Origin: Thermoplasmatales archaeon SW_10_69_26
GTDB taxonomy: Archaea; Thermoplasmatota; SW-10-69-26
Length of the DNA stretch: 59,661 bases
NCBI GenBank assembly: GCA_003009755.1
Contig: PXUB01000023.1
Coordinates: 1-59,661, forward strand
Direction of reading: 5' to 3'
In this document: piece after piece, positions 9,786-19,359 of the stretch
Numbering within the stretch: position 1 is the first letter of the stretch
Layout of the letters: the number at the start of each line of letters is the position of its first letter
The notes under the pieces: model-generated
What the model was told of the DNA's origin: nothing
The model's database searches: none
The model's input: the letters and a program-made list of their open reading frames with translations, nothing else
Position numbers and translations under genes: made by a program

Positions 9786-10799
9786 TTAGACCTCCTGGAC
9801 CGTCTCCTCGATGGCTTGGCCGAAGTGGCGGCCGCCCTCGTGGGCTTCGTGGACGAGCACCTCGTCGCCGTCGTCGAGCTCGGCGACGCTCGTCGGTCCT
9901 TGGGGGGTGACCAGGCGGATCGTCTCGGCGTTCTGGAGGACGAGGCTGCCCTCGGCGTCGTCGGTGGCGAGCTCGACGAGCAGCATCGGGCGGCGTTCGA
10001 TCTTGGCGCGGCCGGTCGTCACGGTGCGCGTGTTGCCCTCGCGGTCGACGGCGGTGAGCTCGGTGCCGGCGCGGACCTCGCTGAGGTAGCGGGTCTCGTC
10101 GTCGGGCGCGAGCGCGTAGCCGTGGACGGCGCCGGCGTTGACGCGGAACGGGCGCGAGCTGACGTAGCCGGCTTCGGTGGCCTCGCTGGCGACGAGGGCC
10201 AGGAAGGCGCTGCGGGAACCGACGAGCAGCCCCTCGTCGGGTTCGAGCAGGCTGGTCGTGTCGACGCAGACGCGGTCACCCATGCCGGCGGGCTCGATGG
10301 CGGTGACCTCGGCCCTCGCGAGCTCCAACAAGCCGCCCTCGCGGTCGATACGGCTGGCGACCTCGTGGACGCGGGCGGGATCGTCGGTGGCCAGCAGGAT
10401 GCCGTCGGCGCCGGTCTCGAGCGTGGTAAGCGCGATCTCGGCTTCGTCGGCGGTCTCGACGCGGGCGAAGAGGTCGGTGCCGTCGCCCGTCCAGGCGAGC
10501 AGGTTCTCGAGCGGGATGATCGACCAGTCGCTGGCGGCGACGACGAGCGTGTCGACCTCGCCGGCGAGCTTGCGGGCCTGCTCCTGGTCGTCGGGGTCCT
10601 CGATCGCGACGATCCGAGCTCGGCGGTCGCCGAGCTCGATCGTGTCGCCCTCGCGGTGGGCCAGGGGGACGCGGCCGACGCTGGCGACCTCCTCGGCTTC
10701 CTCGGGCGTGGTGACGACGCGGTCGGCGCCGGCTTCGAGCGCGGCGCCGGCGACCTCGTCCAGCCGCCCGGTGGGCTGGACCCACAGCTCGGCGGCCAT
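9786..10799 (-). CDS. 3-dehydroquinate synthase II (archaeal AroB')
   Basis: DWSIIPLENL, GMGDRVCVDT, RPFRVNAGAVH, KIERRPMLLVE, LQNAETIRLV. Confidence 0.95.
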   Translation of the reverse strand: MAAELWVQPTGRLDEVAGAALEAGADRVVTTPEEAEEVASVGRVPLAHREGDTIELGDRRARIVAIEDPDDQEQARKLAGEVDTLVVAASDWSIIPLENLLAWTGDGTDLFARVETADEAEIALTTLETGADGILLATDDPARVHEVASRIDREGGLLELARAEVTAIEPAGMGDRVCVDTTSLLEPDEGLLVGSRSAFLALVASEATEAGYVSSRPFRVNAGAVHGYALAPDDETRYLSEVRAGTELTAVDREGNTRTVTTGRAKIERRPMLLVELATDDAEGSLVLQNAETIRLVTPQGPTSVAELDDGDEVLVHEAHEGGRHFGQAIEETVQEV

Positions 10800-11602
10800 C
10801 AGGCCAACTCCTTCGTCTTACCCTCGGAGAGGACCTCGTCGACGGTGTCGCCGTCGAGCACGATGCGCCGGAGGGCGCGCGTGGTGAGCATCGGGTCCTC
10901 GGCCTGGAAGACGTTGCGGCCGATCGAGACGCCGGCGGCGCCCGAGCGGATGGCGCCTTCGACCTGCGCGAGCGTGCCGCGGACGCCCTCGGTCTTCGGG
11001 CCGCCGCTGATGAGGGTCGGCACGGGGCAGCCCTCCACGACGCTCTCGAAGCCCTCGGGGGTCCCGGTGTAGGGGACCTTGACGAGGTCGGCGCCGAGCT
11101 CGGCGCCCAGGCGGGCGACGTGGGCGACGTTGTCGACGCTGTGCGGGTCGTCGATGGCGGGTCCGCGGGGGTACAGCATGGCCATGAGCGGGACGCCCAG
11201 CTTCTGGCAGGAGCGGGCCACGCGGCCCAGGTCCTCGACCATCTCGGATTCCTGGTCCGCACCGACGTTGACGTGGACGCTGATGCCGTCGGCGCCGAGA
11301 GCCAGCGCCTCCCGGGCGTCGGCGACGATGCGTTTGTCGTTGGGGTCGGGGTTGAGGCCGGTGGAGGCCGACAGGTGCACGATCAGGGAGGTGTCGCCGA
11401 GCGCGGTGGCGACGGCGGGGACCAGGCCTTTGTGGACGACGACGGCCGTGGCGCCGCCGCGGCTGGCTCGGTCGACCGCTTGGACGGGGCTCTCGAGGCC
11501 GTCGATCGGGCCCGAGGAGGTGCCGTGATCCATCGGGACCACGACCGCGCGCCCCGAGGGGGCGATCCGTTCGAGTCGGAGACCGATGCCGGGATGCGTC
11601 AT
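10799..11602 (-). CDS. 2-amino-3,7-dideoxy-D-threo-hept-6-ulosonate (ADH) synthase, class I aldolase fold (AroA')
   Basis: VVPMDHG, LIVHLSAST, YPRG, AELGADLVKVPYTG, GRNVFQ; directly upstream of DHQS II. Confidence 0.92.
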   Translation of the reverse strand: MTHPGIGLRLERIAPSGRAVVVPMDHGTSSGPIDGLESPVQAVDRASRGGATAVVVHKGLVPAVATALGDTSLIVHLSASTGLNPDPNDKRIVADAREALALGADGISVHVNVGADQESEMVEDLGRVARSCQKLGVPLMAMLYPRGPAIDDPHSVDNVAHVARLGAELGADLVKVPYTGTPEGFESVVEGCPVPTLISGGPKTEGVRGTLAQVEGAIRSGAAGVSIGRNVFQAEDPMLTTRALRRIVLDGDTVDEVLSEGKTKELA

Positions 11603-11627
11603 CGCGGCAAGCAACCCTCGACCCCCG

Positions 11628-11655
11628 CTTAAGCGTTTGTGTACATCAGTGGACA
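11628..11655 (-). promoter_or_regulatory. TATA box (CTTAAG) of the aro operon plus adjacent palindrome TGTACA-N4-TGGACA
   Basis: TATA-like hexamer 26 nt before the ADH synthase ATG; imperfect palindrome at 11640-11655. Confidence 0.5.
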
Positions 11656-11746
11656 AGAGAGTCCATCTAAGAGAGCAGTAACACTGATGGTGGCGACCCG
11701 CCACGAGTAACGCTTTTTGCCCACCGGTGCTTGTTTCTGTCCATCG

Positions 11747-12259
11747 ATGAAGGATCTCTTGGCCGAGCACTTCTCGCGGTACCCGGCTCGTTCGCGTGTG
11801 GCCCGCCTGATGCTCGATCGCGGCTTCGCGGTCCGTGACGGGGACGTCTGGGCCGGGAACGTGGGCCTCTCGGACACCGCGCTGGCCCGCGCTGCCGACG
11901 TCGACCGCCGGGTCGTGCGCTCGACCGTGGAGACGGTCGAAGCCAACCCCGAGCTGTCGCGGATCTTCGCCAAGCTCGAGCCGACCTGCCACCTGCGCCA
12001 GGTCGCGCCCGCCCTCGGCTGGGGCGTGCTGGAGATCGTGCCCACCGACGCCAGCCAGCCCGGCATCCTGTCGGGCGTGGCGTCCGTCATCGCCGAGAAC
12101 GGGATCAGCATCCGTCAGGCGATCGTCGACGACCCGCAGATGGCCGAAGAGCCGCGGCTGTTCATCGTGACCGAGGGCTCGATCCCCTCCCGCATCCTGC
12201 CGGAGATCCAGGAGGTCCCCGGCGTGCGGGAGGTCGTGATCGGGTCGAAGGCCGACTAG
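11747..12259 (+). CDS. ACT-domain regulator of amino-acid metabolism (archaeal COG2150-like)
   Basis: FSRYPARSRVARLML, LARAADVDRRVVRSTV (HTH-like), PGILSGVASVIAENGISIRQAI (ACT); divergent from the aro operon. Confidence 0.85.
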   Translation: MKDLLAEHFSRYPARSRVARLMLDRGFAVRDGDVWAGNVGLSDTALARAADVDRRVVRSTVETVEANPELSRIFAKLEPTCHLRQVAPALGWGVLEIVPTDASQPGILSGVASVIAENGISIRQAIVDDPQMAEEPRLFIVTEGSIPSRILPEIQEVPGVREVVIGSKAD

Positions 12260-12271
12260 AGCCAAGAGCGG

Positions 12272-12315
12272 CGAACCCGACCACAGACGCACGTAGGCAC
12301 GGAAGACCCACAGAG
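12272..12315 (+). repeat. CACAGAG-type 9-nt-period intergenic repeat (copy 1)
   Basis: Its reverse complement aligns end to end with 38581-38625; lies between convergent genes. Confidence 0.6.
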
Positions 12316-12382
12316 ACCGGACAACCCTGCCGAGCGGGATCGATGGGGAACGGAGAACGGAGGAGAGGCAGGCCCAGCGCGG

Positions 12383-12994
12383 CTACGTGCCGAGGAGCGC
12401 GATCGAGGCCGCCTGGGCGACCGCTTCGGCGCGGAAGAGCAGGCCGACGAGCGCGGCCGTGTGGAGGCCGGTTTCGAGCCAGACCGGCGCGGCGAGCAGC
12501 GAGGGCCACAACGGTTTCCCCGCCGATCGCGCGATCAGCGCGGCGACGACGAGGCCGATCGAGATCGGGACACCGTAGGTGACCGCCAGCCCTCCGTAGA
12601 GGAACAGGTCGCTGAACATGCCACCGGGCATGTTGGGAAGCTCGGCAGCGATGAACAGGCCGGCCACGAGGCCGAACCCGAGGAAGGCCGAGACGGCCAC
12701 GACCGGGAACCACCCTCGTTGAGCGAGGTGGACCGTCGCGACGAGGACGAGCAGCGAGCCGACCAGGCCGCCGGCTGCCAGCAGCTCGGCGTTCGCCGGT
12801 GTCGACGAGGCCTCGGTGAGCTGCCAGAAGCCGAAGACGAAGGCAGCCACCTGAGCCCCGACCGCGATCAAACCAAGCAGCCCCCACAGCGTCGGTTCGA
12901 CGATCTCCCGTCGAAGCAGCGATCCCGAGCTCGTGGTCCCCCATCGGTTCCTTATCGTGCCACAGCCCCCGCGGACGGACCTGAAGAAGCCCAC
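12383..12994 (-). CDS. Hypothetical multi-pass membrane protein (start uncertain, possibly ~12919)
   Basis: Five to six hydrophobic segments; N-terminal ~25 codons look non-coding. Confidence 0.6.
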   Translation of the reverse strand: MGFFRSVRGGCGTIRNRWGTTSSGSLLRREIVEPTLWGLLGLIAVGAQVAAFVFGFWQLTEASSTPANAELLAAGGLVGSLLVLVATVHLAQRGWFPVVAVSAFLGFGLVAGLFIAAELPNMPGGMFSDLFLYGGLAVTYGVPISIGLVVAALIARSAGKPLWPSLLAAPVWLETGLHTAALVGLLFRAEAVAQAASIALLGT

Positions 12995-13053
12995 CTTCCG
13001 CGCCTCTCGTCCACCTGGTGCTACCTCTCGCTGTCCGCCTCCGTCTTCTTCCC

Positions 13054-13092
13054 CTCTGTGTGTTCTCTTTGCCCTCTGTGTCGCTGTGGTTG
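13054..13092 (-). repeat. CACAGAG-type intergenic repeat (copy 2)
   Basis: ctctgtgtgttctctttgccctctgtgtcgctgtggttg downstream of the sulfatase. Confidence 0.55.
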
Positions 13093-13129
13093 GCTGCCCT
13101 CCGCGCCCTCCGCGGCGCTTTCTCCCATC

Positions 13130-14572
13130 TTACACCGAGAACGCCTTCGCTGTCCACTCGTGGAACGGGTCCTCGGTGAGCTCCATCCAGTGCAGCATCT
13201 CGTCCTGCAGGTGCTCGAGCCGGCCGCGGTAGGCGGGGTGGTCGATGAGGTTGTGCAGCTCGTGGGGGTCCTCGGCGAGATCGTAGAGCTCGTCGACCTC
13301 GTAGGCGTTGTAGATGAACTTGTAGCGCTGCGTGGCCACCATGCGTTGGGAGAAGAAGCCGAACTCGTCGCCGTGGTACTCGGCGAAGAGGCTCTGGGGC
13401 CAATCGTCGGGCGTCCGGCCCTCGAGGAGGGGCACGAGGCTGCGGCTGCTGGGCGTGTCATGGGGCTCGAGGCCGGCGGCCTCGCGGATCGTGGGAGCCA
13501 GATCCTGGAGGCGAGCCATCTGCCGGTTGACGCTGCCGGCCTCCACGTGCCCGGGCCAGCGCACGTGCATCGGGATGTGGTAGGTATCCTCGTACATCAG
13601 CGGACCCTTGTTGAACTGGCGGTGGGCGCCGGCGAAGTCGCCGTGGTCGGTGGTGTGGACGACGAGCGTGTCCTCGGCGAGCCCCAGCTCGTCGAGGGCC
13701 TCGAGCACGCGGGCGATCTGGTCGGAGACGAGGGAGACGGAGCCGAAGTAGAGGCTGACGGCGTGGGCCCACCGTTCCCAGGTGAAATCTCGGACCCCTC
13801 GGCGGCGGAGGTGCTCGGCGTGGAGCCCGGGTTTGCCGGCGAACGTGTCGGCGAACGAGCGCCAGGGCTCGATGTCGTCGGGCTCGTACATCGAGGCGTA
13901 GGGATCGGGGACGAGGTAGGGGAAGTGGGGGTCGACGAAGTCCAGGCGGTGCAGGAAGGGCTCGTCGGCGCGGGCGTGGTCCTCGAGGGCGTCGATCGTG
14001 AGATCGGTGAAGAAGGCCGACTGCAGGGCCTGGGCGGGGGCCTCGACGGTGCCGGCGATGAGCGTGGGGTCGCGGTCGTGGTCGGTCCACACGGTGTCCT
14101 GGGGTTCGATCTGGTCGTCCCTGACGCCCAACCGGCGGCGGTGCTCGGCCAGGGCCTCGTCGTCGGGATCGTCGGGGCCCTGGTAGCTGTCGAACCCGAA
14201 CGCGCCGGGGCCCTCGTCTCTGTTGACGTGCCATTTGCCGACGTAGCTGGTGCGGTAGCCGGCGTCCTTGAGTGCGCGGCTGACCGTGGACAACCCGGTC
14301 GAGAGGTTCCGCTGGAGGGCTTCGGGCCCGTGGGAGTTGTTCAACATGCCGTGCGCGTGCGGGTACTGGCCCGTGAGTAGCGAGGCGCGGGCGCTCGAGC
14401 AGATGCTCGTCGGCGTGTAGGCCTGCTCGAAGCGCATCCCCTCGGCCTGCAGACGGTCGTGGCCGGGGAGGGCAAGGCCGGGCGCCTGGGGCATCGCTGG
14501 CCCCTCGGGCGCGCTCACATCGTAGCGCTCCTGATCGGTCACGATCAGCAGGACGTTGGGCCGGTCGGGCAC
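13130..14572 (-). CDS. Sulfatase-family hydrolase (Cys-type)
   Basis: PNVLLIVTDQ, ICSSARASLLTG, GKWH, DPHFPY, TDHGD, ELYDLAEDPHELHNL. Confidence 0.9.
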   Translation of the reverse strand: MPDRPNVLLIVTDQERYDVSAPEGPAMPQAPGLALPGHDRLQAEGMRFEQAYTPTSICSSARASLLTGQYPHAHGMLNNSHGPEALQRNLSTGLSTVSRALKDAGYRTSYVGKWHVNRDEGPGAFGFDSYQGPDDPDDEALAEHRRRLGVRDDQIEPQDTVWTDHDRDPTLIAGTVEAPAQALQSAFFTDLTIDALEDHARADEPFLHRLDFVDPHFPYLVPDPYASMYEPDDIEPWRSFADTFAGKPGLHAEHLRRRGVRDFTWERWAHAVSLYFGSVSLVSDQIARVLEALDELGLAEDTLVVHTTDHGDFAGAHRQFNKGPLMYEDTYHIPMHVRWPGHVEAGSVNRQMARLQDLAPTIREAAGLEPHDTPSSRSLVPLLEGRTPDDWPQSLFAEYHGDEFGFFSQRMVATQRYKFIYNAYEVDELYDLAEDPHELHNLIDHPAYRGRLEHLQDEMLHWMELTEDPFHEWTAKAFSV

Positions 14573-14664
14573 GCCGGCCGAAGCTCGTTGCCGGGCAAAA
14601 GCCGCCCGCGGCGACGGCCTGAGCGGGCCGGCCAGGGCTTGGCGGACCAGACGAGGGCTTGCCG

Positions 14665-15534
14665 CTACTCGGCCTCGGCGGGCGGGACGGTGGCCTGCTC
14701 GTCGGCGGCGGCCTCCTCGGCCTCGACCTGGGGCAGCTCCTCGAGCCGCTTTCGGGCCGTGCGCGCCCCGGTCCAGGCCTCGCTGAGCAGCTCGGTCTGG
14801 TCCTCGACGAGGGCGGGATCGTCGGTCCACATCGCGACGTCCTCACCCTTGAACAGGTGGGTGTCGTCGGGGATGTAGTGCGTCATGAGGACCTGGGAGG
14901 CGTCGACCACGAGGACGCTGGATCCGGCCGCGCCGCTGTCGCGGTGGCGGACGTCGGCGTACTGACGGGCCTCCTCGATGTCCATCCGGTTGCGGGCGAG
15001 GATCGGGCACTGGACGCGCGCCAGGACGCCCTCCTCGGTCGTCTTGTCGTGCATCAACGGGGAGTAGTAGTTGAGGCGGAGGGGAGCGTTGGCGGCGCCG
15101 AGCAGCCAGACGCTCTTCTCGGCCTCCTCGATCATCTCCATCATCTTGTTGAGCACGTTCTTGCGGCCTTTGTGGATGCGGAAATCGCCGGCACCTTGGA
15201 TCGTCGGCGAGCCGTCGGATTCGACGAGACCGTCGAAGCGGGCCCGGTCTTCCTCGATCTGCGCGAGGCGCTGCTCGTAGCGCTCCTCGAAGCGCTCGAG
15301 GTGCTGGTCGAAGGGACGAGGCAGGAAGCGCTTGGGCCGCTCGGGGATGACCTCGACGAGCGACTTCTCGTGCAGGTCGTCGATGACGCCGTAGATCTTG
15401 GTCCGGGGGACGCGGGAGACGTCGGCGACCTCGCGGGCGGTGGCCTCCTCGAGCTCGACGAGGGCGAGGTAGGCTTTGGCTTCGTACTCGGTGAGGTCGT
15501 ATTCCTGCAGCTTCTCGATCTCGCTCTCCTTCAT
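14665..15534 (-). CDS. TrmB-family transcriptional regulator
   Basis: LTEYEAKAYLAL, VSRVPRTKIYGVIDDLHEK, plus a C-terminal effector-type domain. Confidence 0.88.
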   Translation of the reverse strand: MKESEIEKLQEYDLTEYEAKAYLALVELEEATAREVADVSRVPRTKIYGVIDDLHEKSLVEVIPERPKRFLPRPFDQHLERFEERYEQRLAQIEEDRARFDGLVESDGSPTIQGAGDFRIHKGRKNVLNKMMEMIEEAEKSVWLLGAANAPLRLNYYSPLMHDKTTEEGVLARVQCPILARNRMDIEEARQYADVRHRDSGAAGSSVLVVDASQVLMTHYIPDDTHLFKGEDVAMWTDDPALVEDQTELLSEAWTGARTARKRLEELPQVEAEEAAADEQATVPPAEAE

Positions 15535-15614
15535 CGCGACGCCTCCACGACCCCCCACCGCCGTGGTCACGGCTAACAGGCTCCCTGTCACCAGCGTCGG
15601 TGACGGCGGGCCAC

Positions 15615-16376
15615 CTACTCGCGTGGGGAACGAGCGTCGTCGGCGAGCCGGCCCAGGCGCTGGCGGATGTGGTCGAGCGCGTCGGCTCGCGCCTGCTCGC
15701 TGTCGAAGCCGTCGAGCACGGTCGCGGCCTCGTCGCGGGTCAGATCGTCGGCGGCCTCCTCGATGGCCGGCAGCGCGCGGGTGACCTCGTCGACGACGGC
15801 GATCGAGGCTCGTCGCACCGTGCGGGACAGCGGGTTGAGGTCCACGGCGACGACCGTCTTGCCCATGGCCACGAGGGCCTCGGTCCGATCGCCGTCCTCG
15901 AGCGGCACGAGCACGCAGTCGGCCTCGTGGATGCCGTCTTCGGCGACGAGCGCGCGCTTGCTGTCGAGACCGGGGATGCGGGCCTGCGGGTCGGCGCCGA
16001 GCACGTCGGTGCAGCCGGCCGCGGCGAGGCGATCGGTGATCTTGCTCACGCGCTCGTCGCTGCGGTGGAAGAGGTTCACCTCGACCCCGCACCCCAGCGC
16101 CCGCTGGAGGCTGGCCACCTGGGCCGGGCACAGGGCGGCGACGTTGCCGTTGACGCTAACGACCGCGTTCTCGGCGTCGACGAGGGCGGCCGCGGCGGCG
16201 CGCGCCTGGCGCTGGGCCGGCGGGCTCGTGGCCTCGCCGATCAGGTAGTCGAAGGCCTCGCCGCGCCCGTGAGCGATCAGGCCTTGGGGGGCCACGTAGC
16301 CGTCCTCGACCCCGTCGGCGAGGGCCTCGCGTGCCTGGAGGCTCTCGTGCCGGGGGTGGGACTCGGGGACCGTCAT
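15615..16376 (-). CDS. Archaeal phosphopantothenate synthetase (4-phosphopantoate--beta-alanine ligase)
   Basis: [46 protein letters not shown]. Confidence 0.93.
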   Translation of the reverse strand: MTVPESHPRHESLQAREALADGVEDGYVAPQGLIAHGRGEAFDYLIGEATSPPAQRQARAAAAALVDAENAVVSVNGNVAALCPAQVASLQRALGCGVEVNLFHRSDERVSKITDRLAAAGCTDVLGADPQARIPGLDSKRALVAEDGIHEADCVLVPLEDGDRTEALVAMGKTVVAVDLNPLSRTVRRASIAVVDEVTRALPAIEEAADDLTRDEAATVLDGFDSEQARADALDHIRQRLGRLADDARSPRE

Positions 16377-16588
16377 CGGCGAGCCAAGCTGCGGGCTGGC
16401 CTTAACGGCTCGGGCCCGACGAGCCCACGGGTCAGGCCCCTTGTCGGGCCAGCCCGATCGGGGCCCGATGCACCTGCTGGTGGTCGCCCACGACCTCCCC
16501 GGTGTTCGGTGAAGCCGCGGGTGTCTCGACCGTCGGCCCTCTCTTCGACCCTCGCGCGCCGCAACGTCCTGCCTGTTCCCTTGCCTCC

Positions 16589-16620
16589 CTGCCTGTGTGC
16601 CTCCGTGGCTTCGTGTGTTC
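16589..16620 (-). repeat. CACAGAG-type intergenic repeat (copy 3)
   Basis: Reverse complement reads CACACGAAG-CCACGGAGG-CACACAGG. Confidence 0.45.
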
Positions 16621-16774
16621 ATCGTCACCGCGATCGTGTAGCTGGTCTCCTCCATCCTTGTGAGGCTCTATTCGCGTCCGGGGAGCCGTTGCAACGCGCG
16701 TGACAGTGGGTCCGCTGTTCGCGAATACGCGGTTGCGATGCTGTTCTTAAGGGGATGGACCGCCGGTGAGGGTG

Positions 16775-17278
16775 ATGCGAGGTCCCCGGTCGGTCTGGTC
16801 GATCGCCACGCTCGCCGTGGCGCTGCTCGCCGTCGCGGTGGGTGGCCACGCCCTCCAGGGAGCCCAGGCCCCCCTATCCGGCGAGGGTTCGCACTACGTT
16901 CAGGTCGTCCAGACCGACGGATCGGGTGTCGTGGCGGGTCTGGTGACCGAGACGACCGAAGGCCCGTTGGGCCTGTCCAGCGACCGATCGGTCGCCGACG
17001 AGGGCTGGGTGATCGTTCACCCCGAGGACGTCGAAGCCCGGTCCGAGGTCGAGCTGCGGGAGGAGATCCCGTTCGAGGACCCGAACGGTGGATCCTGGAT
17101 GGAGCGCGAGGTCGCGATCGGGACCGCGACCGCGTGGACGGTCCCGGTCGGCCAGCCCCGCGAGGACGCCTCGCTCGATGGCCCCTACAACTTCGCCGTC
17201 GTCGTCGACTGGGACCAGGTCCCCGAGGACAGCGACCTGACGACGACCTACGTCGACGAGATCTCGTTCGTCGAGTGA
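16775..17278 (+). CDS. Hypothetical secreted protein
   Basis: N-terminal signal peptide, acidic body; CTTAAG TATA-like box ~25 nt upstream. Confidence 0.65.
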   Translation: MRGPRSVWSIATLAVALLAVAVGGHALQGAQAPLSGEGSHYVQVVQTDGSGVVAGLVTETTEGPLGLSSDRSVADEGWVIVHPEDVEARSEVELREEIPFEDPNGGSWMEREVAIGTATAWTVPVGQPREDASLDGPYNFAVVVDWDQVPEDSDLTTTYVDEISFVE

Positions 17279-17323
17279 CCGCGCCGCGTGGAAGCCTGAA
17301 CCTTTGGTATTAACTACCAAGGT

Positions 17324-17520
17324 TTGGTGGGGGCCCTGACGCAGGCGGCGACCTCGACGACGTTCGAGTTCACCAACGAACCAGGGACCTTGGCGACCAT
17401 CGGGGCTGCTCTGGCCGCCGAGGACGTCCACGGGTTCACGCTGTGCGCGAAGGAGTCCACCACGACCCTGCGCGGAACGTGCTCGAAGCCGACGAGCCCG
17501 CGGGCCAGGCCGGCGGTTGA
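17324..17520 (+). pseudogene. Possible decayed ACT-domain gene fragment
   Basis: FEFTNEPGTLATIGAALAAEDV resembles an ACT beta1-alpha1 motif; the frame degenerates afterwards. Confidence 0.3.
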
Positions 17521-17619
17521 CGGAGGACGCTGCTCTCGGGTCGTGGAGGAGGACCAGCGGCCCGACCGATGGCCAGGGACCCAACAACGCTTATGCCGCG
17601 CCGGGTCGTCGTTGGCCCG

Positions 17620-19053
17620 ATGGTCTCCCGCGCCACGCTTTTGGCGGTCGGCACGCTGGCCGCCCTCGGCCTGCTGGCCGGCTGCCTCGGCTCGACGACC
17701 GACGACCTCGAGGCCGGCTCGACCGTGAAGCCCGCCGTGGACGTGGGCCCCGACAACCCGATGTCGTTCGTCGAGTCCCGCGTCACGCCGGCCGTGCACT
17801 TCGGCCACGGGCTCTACGAGCCGACGATCGACGTCTCGGGCAGCGGCGTGATCTACGTCAGCGCGCACACGACGGGCGTGGGAACGACCGGCGCGCCGGC
17901 CTTCTACAGCACCGACGACGGCCAGTCGTGGCAACAGCTGCCCTTCGCCGGACCGGCCACGATGCCGGAACCGGGCCACGGCGGCACGCCGCCGCCCAGC
18001 GACGAGATCTTCATCGTCGCGGGCGACGACGGGCAGGCGTGGGGCGTGGACATCCTGCTGGCCACCTTCCCTGTGAACGGCTGGTGTGGCGACGGCGCCG
18101 AGCACTGCTACCACAATCCCGACGCCTACGACGAGGCTCGCGCGCAGACCTCCCGCGCCGACGCGATCACCGGGGCCGACGAGGCCTGCAGCCCGCTGAA
18201 CCTCAACGACCGCCCGTGGGCAGCTTACGCCAACGACACGCTGTTGATGGTGAACAACCCCGGTGGCGGACCGGTCCAGGTCGCCGCGATGGACGTGCCG
18301 CCCGCCAACTACGTCGAGACGTGGAACCCGGTGCAGGGCCCGACGTGGAACCTGTGCGCCGGCGAGGGGGGCGGCTCGATCCCCGGCATCCCCGATCTGC
18401 ACGACGACGGGTTCTTCGCGGTGCCGCAGACCCAGGACGGCGACCTCGTCGTCGTCACGGGGAACGCCGACGACGTGATGGACGTCGAGCAGCGCTCGGT
18501 GTTCGAGAACAGTCACGAGCCGGTGTCCGCGATCGGCAACTACGGCCAGGTCGTCTTCGACGAGCAGGACACGATGTTCGCCTCGGCGATGAACAACAGC
18601 GCGGCGGAGCCGCAGGCCAGCGCCGGCGGCATCCACCTGGCCACGAGCACCGACCGGGCCCAGACCTTCACCGAGAACACGATCCGGTTCGATCGCCCGG
18701 TCAGCTCGGTGTACATCGACGGCAACGAGAACGGCCCCGGCGCCGTGATCAACTGGGGCCTCGTCGAGGAGGAGTCGGGCCCGACCGACTGGTACCTTGG
18801 CCATCTGCGCATGGCCGAGGACGGCACGCCGGTGATCGAGAACGCGACGCTGGCCGTCGAGGACGGCCCGCCGGCCTCCCGTCACGTGCAGGGCGCCGCC
18901 GTCGGCCCCGACGGCCGCGCCTACATGGTCATGTCCGACGTCGAGGGCAACGACGACGTCGAGATGGCGCAGAACGCCGGTTCGACACCGTTGACGGTCG
19001 TCGTTCAAGAGGAGGGCTCGGCGCTGCCGGTGACCGACGCCGCGGACGGGTGA
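17620..19053 (+). CDS. Lipoprotein with BNR/Asp-box beta-propeller-like domain
   Basis: LLAGC lipobox; Asp-box STDDGQSW and STDRAQTF; YEPTIDV, NDRPW. Confidence 0.75.
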   Translation: MVSRATLLAVGTLAALGLLAGCLGSTTDDLEAGSTVKPAVDVGPDNPMSFVESRVTPAVHFGHGLYEPTIDVSGSGVIYVSAHTTGVGTTGAPAFYSTDDGQSWQQLPFAGPATMPEPGHGGTPPPSDEIFIVAGDDGQAWGVDILLATFPVNGWCGDGAEHCYHNPDAYDEARAQTSRADAITGADEACSPLNLNDRPWAAYANDTLLMVNNPGGGPVQVAAMDVPPANYVETWNPVQGPTWNLCAGEGGGSIPGIPDLHDDGFFAVPQTQDGDLVVVTGNADDVMDVEQRSVFENSHEPVSAIGNYGQVVFDEQDTMFASAMNNSAAEPQASAGGIHLATSTDRAQTFTENTIRFDRPVSSVYIDGNENGPGAVINWGLVEEESGPTDWYLGHLRMAEDGTPVIENATLAVEDGPPASRHVQGAAVGPDGRAYMVMSDVEGNDDVEMAQNAGSTPLTVVVQEEGSALPVTDAADG

Positions 19054-19061
19054 GCCTTGGG

Positions 19062-19345
19062 TTAAGCGGAACCGAAGCTCGCCTTCATCCGTCGAACGAT
19101 GGCCGTTCCGAAAAGAGAGCCAACGACGGCTGGCAGGAACACCACCGGGATCTCCCGATGCTCTCGCGCGGCGGAAGAACCCTGGTGCACTGCCCGTCGT
19201 TCCGTGCCCGACACGAAAACCTGTTCGCCGTGGACAGCCGGGGCTTGGCCGCGTGCGGCCTCTCCGAGCGCCAACGACCAGAGCTTCTCCCCGTCCGAAG
19301 CATCCAACACGTGCAACGCCCCGTCGGCGACGAGACAACGTCGAC
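19062..19345 (-). pseudogene. PQQ-like beta-propeller repeat fragment
   Basis: ADGALHVLDASDGEKLWS...PAVHGEQVFV, a single repeat with no credible start. Confidence 0.45.
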
Positions 19346-19359
19346 GGGCGTGAGTGCGG

